Program-made: the position numbers and the translations under genes
Part shown: piece by piece, positions 56,060 through 64,000 of the stretch
Position numbering within the stretch: position 1 is the first letter of the stretch
Layout of the letters: each line of letters starts with the position of its first letter
Assembly: GCA_902797035.1 (NCBI GenBank)
Contig: CADBRH010000055.1
Coordinates: 13,178 to 77,177, forward strand
Length of the DNA stretch: 64,000 nucleotides
Origin: an uncultured Bacteroidia bacterium
Lineage (GTDB): Bacteria > Bacteroidota > Bacteroidia > Bacteroidales > UBA932
Direction of reading: 5' to 3'
Notes under the pieces: model-generated
What the model saw: only the letters and a program-made list of their open reading frames with translations
Databases searched by the model: none
What the model was told of the DNA's origin: nothing

Positions 56060-58093
56060 ATGAGAACCAGAATAAAAGGAATAGCGATATTCATGACTGC
56101 GGCCTGCATGATCGCCGCGGTGTCCTGCGACAAGGAGGAAGCCCCGATAGAAGTCGAGGAGGTTATCGTCGAGGAACCTACGCCTGAGGATCCGGTTTAT
56201 CGCCTTGTGGCCGGTTTCGAGGGAAGTGATGACACCAGGACGTCTCTTGTTTTTGACGAGACCAACAAAGTGGTGAAGGTCTCCTGGGAGCCTGGTGACC
56301 AGTTCAGCATGTTCGGCGGAGGATACAGGGCGGATTATGTGACCTCAGGCTCAGGCACTTCGGCGGAATTCACCTCGCCGCACGGCCTTCCGGAAGGTCC
56401 TTGCTACAGTTTCTATCCCTCGAGCAGAACCAACGGAAATATTCCACTGGGTGACGGGTCTTATCATCCTTTTTCGGCCATACCGTCCGTCCAGACGGCG
56501 GTCCCCGGGGGAATCGCCTCTGACATGAACATCATGGTGGCGTATTCCGAGAGCCAGTCGGACGACTTGACTTTCAGGAATGTCTATTCAATGGTTAGAT
56601 TCCGGATGTCCGGGAATATCGTCTCCTCCATCGACTCGGTTGTGTTCGACGCCGGGACCACCATAGCCGGTTACATGATGATCGAGGACATGGAGACCTC
56701 GGACCCTAAGATCAATATCTCGATAGGCATTACCGGAGGGGACGCTTTCGGGAAGCGGACCAACTCTGTCAAGCTTCTGCCTCCAAGCGGATCCACTTTT
56801 GCCGGGAACGTTGACTACATCTTCGTCCTGGCCCCTGTGGACATCAACGGCTTCGACATGTTCTTCTACGGCGACAACGGCAAGTATGTCAGGAAGCACT
56901 CCAAGAAATCGATGTCCTTCCAAAGGTCTAAATCATATAATTTCGGCGTTATCAATGTCGGCGATGAGTTCCCTGAGGAAGAGAATCAGGAGGGTGTTTA
57001 TCAATATATGACCGCCTCGATGGGTTACACCCCGGTGGTCCTGAACCTGATAGCGGAGGGGTACACGATGGACGAGTTGTCCAAATTCTCCAGACAGGCC
57101 GAGAGCGCCGCTGATTTCATATTCAGCGTGGAGCCTTTCAAGACTTACAAGAAATATTTCACGGTCAATATCTGCAAGGTAGCCTCCAACGAGTCCGGGG
57201 CCAGTGTCACGGACGGGAACGGGCATATTACCCAGAACCGTGACACGTATTTCAAGGCAAGATGGGGAGAGGACAGTTACAGCGACATGAGAGTGGACGA
57301 AACCATATTGATGAGCTATCTTGAGTCGAAGGGGATAGGAGGTTATTCCAGCCCCGCTACCAACGCTGTGATTGTCAATGATTCCCGTTACGGAGGTATC
57401 TGCCACCTCAATGATGTCGGCTTGGGATGCTATGCCATCTGCCCTGTCACGGACGAAGGGGGGCCTTTGGGATGGAGCTATCCCGGCTTGGAGGCGAAGG
57501 ACAATCTCACCGTGTATTCTTCCGGGGATTACGAGACAAGGGATGTCACGGAGGAGGAGATCCAGAACGAGATCGGTCGCAGTTACGGCACCTGGAAGAA
57601 CACGCTTCTGCATGAGCTTTGCGGCCACGGCTTCGGTCTGTTTGCCGACGAGTACTGGTACAATGTGTCTTTCGGCCATGGTGGCATGCCCAGCGGACTG
57701 CGCGGGCGCAACCTGTCCTCCAGTCTCACCGGGGCCGGATGGCAATCCATGATTGACGACCAGGCCGCCCTCGAGTCCCTGAATCCTCTTTATTCCAGGA
57801 TCGGGTTGTACCAAGGCGGCGGAGTGTACATGTTCGGGTATTGGAGAAGCGAGAGGGTCAGCTGCATGATAGACAACAGGGCTTACTTCTCCACATGGCA
57901 GAGATACGTCCTCACCGATAGGATCTTGGATCTCGCCGGCGCCGGTTCCATCAACTGGGATGAGTTCTTTGAGAATGACGATCCCACCGATCCGGTAAGG
58001 GATATCGCCACCCGTTCCGATATCTCATACGAGGGAATACCTATCATGCCGCCTACGGCGCCACCTGTGATAAACAATCGATATTATGAATAA
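56060..58093 (+). CDS. lipoprotein with fimbrillin-like N-terminal domain and M64 (IgA-peptidase-like) metallopeptidase domain
   Basis: Lipobox AVSC; DTRTSL..VSWEPGD; AEGYT..E...F, EPFKTYKKYF, SNESG, HELCGHGFGLFADEY, SCM. Confidence 0.8.
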   Translation: MRTRIKGIAIFMTAACMIAAVSCDKEEAPIEVEEVIVEEPTPEDPVYRLVAGFEGSDDTRTSLVFDETNKVVKVSWEPGDQFSMFGGGYRADYVTSGSGTSAEFTSPHGLPEGPCYSFYPSSRTNGNIPLGDGSYHPFSAIPSVQTAVPGGIASDMNIMVAYSESQSDDLTFRNVYSMVRFRMSGNIVSSIDSVVFDAGTTIAGYMMIEDMETSDPKINISIGITGGDAFGKRTNSVKLLPPSGSTFAGNVDYIFVLAPVDINGFDMFFYGDNGKYVRKHSKKSMSFQRSKSYNFGVINVGDEFPEEENQEGVYQYMTASMGYTPVVLNLIAEGYTMDELSKFSRQAESAADFIFSVEPFKTYKKYFTVNICKVASNESGASVTDGNGHITQNRDTYFKARWGEDSYSDMRVDETILMSYLESKGIGGYSSPATNAVIVNDSRYGGICHLNDVGLGCYAICPVTDEGGPLGWSYPGLEAKDNLTVYSSGDYETRDVTEEEIQNEIGRSYGTWKNTLLHELCGHGFGLFADEYWYNVSFGHGGMPSGLRGRNLSSSLTGAGWQSMIDDQAALESLNPLYSRIGLYQGGGVYMFGYWRSERVSCMIDNRAYFSTWQRYVLTDRILDLAGAGSINWDEFFENDDPTDPVRDIATRSDISYEGIPIMPPTAPPVINNRYYE

Positions 58094-60125
58094 AACACTA
58101 ATCGCGTTGGGAGCTATCGTCATGATCACAGCTTGCGCCCAGACAAAGAATCCTTTCTTTAAAGAGTGGGACACCCCCTACGGGATCCCCCCGTTCGACC
58201 AGATTACCCTCGCCGACTATATCCCCGCTGTCAAGGAGGGGATCGCCAGGCACGAGAAGGAGCTGAAGGCCATTCTGGACAATCCGGACGCCCCGACTTT
58301 CAAGAACACGGTCGAGGCTTACGAGTTCTCGGGTGAGCTTCTCGACAAGGTGTCCGCGGTCCTTTTCAACCTTCAGGAGACAGAGGGGAGCGACGAGATG
58401 GAGAAAGTCGCCGCCGAGGCTCTCGAGCTCCTGACCGCCCACGAGAACACCGTCTCGATGGACAAAAGATTCTACGAGAGGGTCAAGGCGGTCTATGACG
58501 CCGACCAGAGCGGACTCACTAGGGAACAACAGATGGTTCTGAAGAATCTTTACAAGAGTTTCACCCGCAACGGTGTTGGTCTCGACGAGGCCTCGCAGGA
58601 GCGCCTTAAGGAGATCAACCTGAAGATCGCCGCCTCGCGGCAGAAGTTCGGGACGAACCTGCTCGCGGAGAACAACGCTTTCAAGGAGAAGTTCGGGATC
58701 CCCGTGTCGTCGTACACGGCGGAGATGACCTCTTGCGAGGACAGGGCCCGCAGGGAGGAGATGTTCAAGGCGTATTCCTCAAGGGGCAATAACGGCAACG
58801 ATAACGACAACAAGGCCCTCTGCCTCGAGATCCTGAAATTGCGCGCGGAGAAGGCCCGCCTTCTCGGTTTCGACACTTTCGCCGCCTACGAGCTGGACGA
58901 CAAGATGGCCGGGAACCCCGCCGCTGTGGACGAGTTCCTGGACAAGATCCAAAAGGCCTCGAACGCCAAGGCGAAACAGGAAGTCTATGACATGCGGAAA
59001 GTTATGGACGAGGATGTGGCCGCAGGCAAGCTTCCGAAGGATTCTAAGATAGAGCCTTGGGACTGGTTCTATTACGCCGAGAAGGTTCGGGCGAGGAAGT
59101 ATGACCTAGACGAGAGCCAGACCAAGCCTTACTTCAAGATGGAGAACGTCCGTCAGGGGATATTCACGGCCGCCAACAAGTTATACGGGATCAATGTGGA
59201 GCCGGTCTCAGGCGTGCCTGTTTACAATCCCGCCGCGGAGGCTTTCAAAGTGACGGACACCGACGGGAGCCTGCTGGGAATATTCATGACCGATTATTTT
59301 CCCCGTTCCTCCAAGAGGGGCGGAGCCTGGATGACCAATTTCAGGGAGCAGTACATCGACAAGGACGGGAATGATGTCCGTCCCATCGTGATTAATGTGG
59401 GCAATATGACGGCTCCCACAGAGACGGAGCCTGCCCTGTTCACCATCGACGAGGTCGAGACGGTCTTTCACGAGTTCGGGCACGCCCTTCATGGGCTGCT
59501 TACAAAGTGCGCCTACAAATCGGTCAGCGGAACCAGCGTCAAAAGGGACTTCGTGGAGACGTTCTCACAGTTCAACGAGAACTGGGCGTTCCAGCCGGAG
59601 ATCCTCGCCGAGTACGCCAGGCACTATGAGACCGGCGAGGTTATTCCTGAATATCTTGTGGCCAAGATCAACAACGCCGGCAAGTTCAACCAGGGCTTCA
59701 TGACATCGGAGCTTTGCGCCGCCTCCATTCTGGACATGAAATGGCATGAGCTGACGCTCGAGGATTTGGAGAAGATGAGCGAGGGCGACCAGGCGGCCAA
59801 TGTGGCGGCTTTCGAGAAGAAGGTTTGCGAGGAGATGGGGCTCATCGACGAGATCATTCCCCGCTACCGGACGACCTACTTCAACCACATATTCAACAGC
59901 GGCTATTGCGCCGGTTACTACAGCTACCTTTGGGCCGAGGTGCTCGACAAGGACGCTTTCGAGTATTTTGAGCAACAGGGGATCTACAATCCCGAGGTGG
60001 CGGCCAAGTTCCGGAAGACCTTCCTTGAGAGGGGCGGGAGCGAGGAGCCCATGGTGCTCTACATGATGTTCCGCGGCGCCCAGCCCGATCCCGGCGCCCT
60101 CCTCAGGGCCCGTGGCCTGGAATAA
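58086..60125 (+). CDS. dcp: M3-family peptidase (peptidyl-dipeptidase Dcp-like) lipoprotein
   Basis: NPFF..W.TPYG.PPF, KRGGAWM, FHEFGHALHG, RDFVE..SQ..E.W, GYYSYLWAEVLD. Confidence 0.9.
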   Translation: MNKTLIALGAIVMITACAQTKNPFFKEWDTPYGIPPFDQITLADYIPAVKEGIARHEKELKAILDNPDAPTFKNTVEAYEFSGELLDKVSAVLFNLQETEGSDEMEKVAAEALELLTAHENTVSMDKRFYERVKAVYDADQSGLTREQQMVLKNLYKSFTRNGVGLDEASQERLKEINLKIAASRQKFGTNLLAENNAFKEKFGIPVSSYTAEMTSCEDRARREEMFKAYSSRGNNGNDNDNKALCLEILKLRAEKARLLGFDTFAAYELDDKMAGNPAAVDEFLDKIQKASNAKAKQEVYDMRKVMDEDVAAGKLPKDSKIEPWDWFYYAEKVRARKYDLDESQTKPYFKMENVRQGIFTAANKLYGINVEPVSGVPVYNPAAEAFKVTDTDGSLLGIFMTDYFPRSSKRGGAWMTNFREQYIDKDGNDVRPIVINVGNMTAPTETEPALFTIDEVETVFHEFGHALHGLLTKCAYKSVSGTSVKRDFVETFSQFNENWAFQPEILAEYARHYETGEVIPEYLVAKINNAGKFNQGFMTSELCAASILDMKWHELTLEDLEKMSEGDQAANVAAFEKKVCEEMGLIDEIIPRYRTTYFNHIFNSGYCAGYYSYLWAEVLDKDAFEYFEQQGIYNPEVAAKFRKTFLERGGSEEPMVLYMMFRGAQPDPGALLRARGLE

Positions 60126-60156
60126 CGAATATAACTTGTTTAAAATCAATATTATT

Positions 60157-63100
60157 ATGAAAAGAACCTTATTGATGGCCCTGGCGTGCGGCTTGCTGTT
60201 CGCTTTCACGGCGAAAGCTGACGAGGCGAGACTGCTCAGGTTCCCCGCCACCAACGGGACCGACATCGTCTTCTCTTATGCCGGCGACCTCTTCTCCGCC
60301 CCTCTCGCGGGTGGCGAGGCCAAGAGGCTTACCTCGCACATCGGTTACGAGATGTTCGCCAAGTATTCCCCGGACGGCAAGACTATCGCCTTCACCGGAG
60401 AGTACGACGGCAACCGCGAGGTTTACATCATCCCCGCAGGCGGTGGCGAGCCTGTCCGTCTGACCTACACCTCCACCAATTCAAGAGACGATCTCGGCGA
60501 CCGTATGGGTCCCAACAACATCGTGATGGGTTGGACTGTTGACGGCAAGTACATCATCTACCGCAACCGCACCGGCGAGGGCTTCCCCGGCAAACTCTGG
60601 AAGATCTCTGTCAAGGGCGGCATGCCCGAGGAGTTGCCCCTTCCCGAGGGAGGTTTCTGCAGCTATTCCCCCGACGGGACGAAACTGGCTTACAACCGTG
60701 TGATGAGGGAGTTCCGCACATGGAAGTACTATCGCGGAGGTATGGCCGACGAGGTCTGGATCTATGACGGGAAGTCCGTCGAGAAGATTACCGACAACCC
60801 CGCCCAGGACATATTCCCGATGTGGGTCGGCGATGAGATATATTTCGCCTCTGACCGCGACATGACGATGAACATCTTTGTCTATAACACCAAGACAAAG
60901 GCCACGTCCAAGGTTACCTCTTTCAATGACTTCGATGTGAAGTTCCCCAGCACCAACGGCAAGCTGGTGGTCTTCGAGAAGGGAGGTTATCTCTACAAGC
61001 TCGATCCCGTCACGAAGAAGGCTGAGCAGATTCACATCACCCTTGTCTCCGACTTCGTATATGCCCGTCCCGAGTACAAGAAGGTGCAGGGCGGCGGTGG
61101 ACGCGGCTTTGGCGGCGGTGGTGGCCTCAGCGTGTCTCCTGACGGCAAGAGGGCTGTCACCACGGTCCGCGGCGAGGTCTTCGATGTTCCTGTGGGCAAA
61201 GGTATCACAAGGAACATCACGAACACTCCCGGAGCCAACGAGCGCGGCGCTTCCTGGAGCCCGGATGGCAAGTGGATCGCCTACATCAGCGATGTCACCG
61301 GTGAGAACGAGGTTTATCTCTACGATCCCGCCACCGAGACCACGGTCCAGGCGACGAAGGGTAACGACACCTACATCAGCAACCTGATGTGGGCCCCGGA
61401 CAGCAAACACCTGTACTACACAGACCGCAAGAACCGTCTTGTGGAGGTGGATCCCGCCACCAAGGCGAAGAAGGTGGTATTCTCAAGCCCTGAGGGTGGT
61501 CTTTACGGAGTCTCCTTCTCCCCTGACAGCAAATGGATCGCCTATACCAAGCGGGCCTCCAACGACATTAGCGTCATCTATGTCCACAATCTCGCCACGG
61601 GCAAGGTTTACCCTGTCACCGAGAAGTGGTACGACTCAAGTTCACCGATATTCTCCGCTGATGGTAAATACCTGATATTCACGGCCAACCGTGACCTGTC
61701 CCCGATTTACAGCAACATCGAGTGGAACTATTCCTATTCCAACATGTCGGCCACTTACATGGCCATGCTGGCGAAAGACACTCCTTCGCCTCTGCTCCCG
61801 ACCGACAGCGAGTCCTCCCCGGCAAAGGCTGAGGAGAACGCCCGTCCCGCCGGCCCCGGCGGCCCTGGTGGTCCCGGAGCCCCCGGCGCTCCCGGAATTA
61901 GGCCTGGCGGCCCTGGCGCCGCTCCGGCTGACGCTAAGCCCGCCGAGACAAAGATCGACCCCGAGGGCCTGATCGACCGTGTCGTGAAACTTCCTCTCAA
62001 CGGAGGCAGGGTGTTCTACTGCGACGGTAAGAAGGTCTGGTTCTCCGGTGGAGCCGGCGGTGGCTTCGGCGCTGGTCCCGGCGGCCCCGGCGGTCCCGGC
62101 GCGGCTGCCGGACGTTCAGCGGCTGTCAGGACCTATGATTTCGCCACTGGCAAGACCGAGGACTGCTCCGAGGGTATGATCAGCTACCGTCTCGGCGACA
62201 AGAAGGCCGTGATGAGCTCGAGAGGCAAGTCCACCGTGGTCAACTTCCCCGCGGCGAGGGTGGCCGGAGGCGAGGACATTGACACCGACAATACCTACGC
62301 TGTCATCGACTACTCTCAGGAGTGGCCCCAGATCTACAACGAGGTTTGGAGGGCTTTCCGCGACGGTTACTATCTCGAGAATATGCACGGACGCGACTGG
62401 AAGGCTGTCAAGGCCAAGTATGAGCCCCTTCTTCCTTTTGTCAAGACTCGTCTGGATCTCAACTACCTGCTTGGCGCGATGATCTCCGAGCTGGCCAGCG
62501 GCCACGCGTATGTGAATCCAGGCTCATATCCGAAACCCGAGCGTATCCCGATGGGTCTTCTCGGAGCCAAGCTCAGCAAGGACAACGGCTATTTCAAAAT
62601 CAATCACATCTACGCCAGCGCCACCTACAGGCCTGAGCTTCGCGGCCCGCTCACAGAGCCCGGAATGAACATTGTCGAGGGTGACTACATCACCGCCATT
62701 GACGGCAAGTCCCTCAAGGACGTGGACAACATTTACAAGCTCCTGATCGGCAAGGCTGACAAGCTAGTTGAGCTGACAATCAACAAGAAGCCCGCCGAGG
62801 GTGGTCGCAAAGTGGTTGTCAAGCCCACTGCCGACGAGTATCCCCTTGAGCATTACGAGTGGGTCACCAACAACATCAAGACTGTCGAGGAGAAATCCGG
62901 CGGCAAGGTCGGCTACATCTATATTCCTGACATGGGAGCCGAGGGACTCAACGAGTTCGTCCGCTACTGGTATCCTCAGCTCGACAAGGAGGCCCTCATC
63001 ATCGACGATCGTGAGAACGGCGGCGGAAACGTCTCCCCGATGATCATCGAGCGTCTACAGAGAGTCGTCTACAGGATGAACGCCGGCCGCGGCTCCAATC

Positions 63101-63540
63101 GCGTCAGCACTATTCCCGACGGCGCTCATGTCGGACCTAAGGTGTTGCTGATTAATAAGTACTCAGCTTCAGACGGCGACCTCTTCCCTTGGGGCTTCAA
63201 GGCCAACAACCTCGGTACCGTGATAGGGACCAGGACATGGGGCGGTATCGTCGGCATCGGCGGCTCGCTTCCTTACATGGACGGGACCGACGTCAGGGTT
63301 CCAGGCTCCACCAGCTATGACCCCAACACCGGGGAGTGGATTATCGAGAACTATGGAGTCGATCCCGACATCGTTCTCGACAACGACCCGATCAAGGAGT
63401 ACGCCGGAACAGACGAGCAACTCCTGAAGGCCATCGAGGTGGCCCTCGAGCAGATCAAGACCCAGAAGTCTCACAAGGATCTTCCAGGGGCTCCCAAACC
63501 TCGGACTTTCAAGGATCTTGGACTCCCTCAGATTAAGTAA
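60157..63540 (+). CDS. tricorn-like S41 protease
   Basis: ARLLRFP...DIVFSYAGD, SPDG beta-propeller repeats, PDZ, GYIYIPDM, NGGGNVS, SASDGD, RTWGG. Confidence 0.93.
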   Translation: MKRTLLMALACGLLFAFTAKADEARLLRFPATNGTDIVFSYAGDLFSAPLAGGEAKRLTSHIGYEMFAKYSPDGKTIAFTGEYDGNREVYIIPAGGGEPVRLTYTSTNSRDDLGDRMGPNNIVMGWTVDGKYIIYRNRTGEGFPGKLWKISVKGGMPEELPLPEGGFCSYSPDGTKLAYNRVMREFRTWKYYRGGMADEVWIYDGKSVEKITDNPAQDIFPMWVGDEIYFASDRDMTMNIFVYNTKTKATSKVTSFNDFDVKFPSTNGKLVVFEKGGYLYKLDPVTKKAEQIHITLVSDFVYARPEYKKVQGGGGRGFGGGGGLSVSPDGKRAVTTVRGEVFDVPVGKGITRNITNTPGANERGASWSPDGKWIAYISDVTGENEVYLYDPATETTVQATKGNDTYISNLMWAPDSKHLYYTDRKNRLVEVDPATKAKKVVFSSPEGGLYGVSFSPDSKWIAYTKRASNDISVIYVHNLATGKVYPVTEKWYDSSSPIFSADGKYLIFTANRDLSPIYSNIEWNYSYSNMSATYMAMLAKDTPSPLLPTDSESSPAKAEENARPAGPGGPGGPGAPGAPGIRPGGPGAAPADAKPAETKIDPEGLIDRVVKLPLNGGRVFYCDGKKVWFSGGAGGGFGAGPGGPGGPGAAAGRSAAVRTYDFATGKTEDCSEGMISYRLGDKKAVMSSRGKSTVVNFPAARVAGGEDIDTDNTYAVIDYSQEWPQIYNEVWRAFRDGYYLENMHGRDWKAVKAKYEPLLPFVKTRLDLNYLLGAMISELASGHAYVNPGSYPKPERIPMGLLGAKLSKDNGYFKINHIYASATYRPELRGPLTEPGMNIVEGDYITAIDGKSLKDVDNIYKLLIGKADKLVELTINKKPAEGGRKVVVKPTADEYPLEHYEWVTNNIKTVEEKSGGKVGYIYIPDMGAEGLNEFVRYWYPQLDKEALIIDDRENGGGNVSPMIIERLQRVVYRMNAGRGSNRVSTIPDGAHVGPKVLLINKYSASDGDLFPWGFKANNLGTVIGTRTWGGIVGIGGSLPYMDGTDVRVPGSTSYDPNTGEWIIENYGVDPDIVLDNDPIKEYAGTDEQLLKAIEVALEQIKTQKSHKDLPGAPKPRTFKDLGLPQIK

Positions 63541-63550
63541 ATAATTGAAT

Positions 63551-64000
63551 ATGAAAAGATTGTTAATGGTTCTAGTCGGGGCGTTCACGCTATTGAGCGC
63601 CCCAGGGGCCTTCGCCCAGCTCTCCGACATTGACGGAAGGTGGTCTTTCGGCGGCGGTTTCACCGGTTTCAGCCTGACGGGCATTGACGCCCCAAAGATG
63701 AAAGAGTGGGGTTTCGAGGACATGATACCCGGCTTTTATTTCGGGGTCAGTCTTGATTATGCCTTCTCCTCAATCGAGGGCCTCACCGTCGAGCCTGGGG
63801 TGTACATCACCCACTACGGGAAGCCTTTCACGTTCGGCTTGTCGGAAAACCACAAGTCGTATCACGCCAACTATATCCATATTCCCTTGAACTTGAAGTA
63901 CTCTTTCCCCTTCGACAGCCAGGCTTTCGGGGTGGCGGTTTACACCGGCCCCCGTCTAAACCTTGGAATGGGAGGGAATATGTTCAGCACCGGGAAGACC
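63551..64000 (+). CDS. outer-membrane beta-barrel (porin/PorT-like) protein, partial
   Basis: MKRLLMVLVG..AFAQ signal; GFYFGVSLDY, VEPGVY, YISIPLNLKY, YTGP alternating strands; runs off the window. Confidence 0.75.
   Translation, partial: MKRLLMVLVGAFTLLSAPGAFAQLSDIDGRWSFGGGFTGFSLTGIDAPKMKEWGFEDMIPGFYFGVSLDYAFSSIEGLTVEPGVYITHYGKPFTFGLSENHKSYHANYIHIPLNLKYSFPFDSQAFGVAVYTGPRLNLGMGGNMFSTGKT

Noticed and set aside
1-64000. CRISPR array, transposase, integrase, reverse transcriptase or prophage genes
   Set aside because: No regularly spaced repeats or recognisable motifs for these were seen in the window

Overview
GC-rich Bacteroidales-type chromosome segment (TAnnTTTG-type promoters, SusC/SusD, lipoprotein-rich). 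It holds housekeeping genes and tRNA-Arg(UCU) at the left, a ~45 kb glycan-utilisation region (GH106-like, 2 full GH28 plus a short and a long GH28-like protein, GH78, ExuT-type MFS, uxaC, GH95, GH3, GH31, 2x GH92, SGNH, GH51) built around two paralogous, divergently transcribed susC-susD pairs, a PIN/RHH toxin-antitoxin pair, and nuclease and peptidase clusters at the right. Three signals stand out. (1) Short, highly structured palindromic elements are inserted in frame inside several CAZyme genes and also occur intergenically. Family A has three copies sharing an almost invariant 36-bp core that can form an H-type pseudoknot, GAA-triloop hairpins, covarying closing stems and locus-specific terminal inverted repeats. 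Family B has two copies, and there are further singleton candidates. (2) A perfect 74-bp inverted repeat lies inside the 5' ends of the two head-to-head susC genes and brackets a one-sided promoter/terminator segment, a candidate invertible susC switch. (3) An unannotated 43-aa peptide gene precedes an M64-like lipoprotein. All family calls come from motif recognition by eye; no database searches were run.
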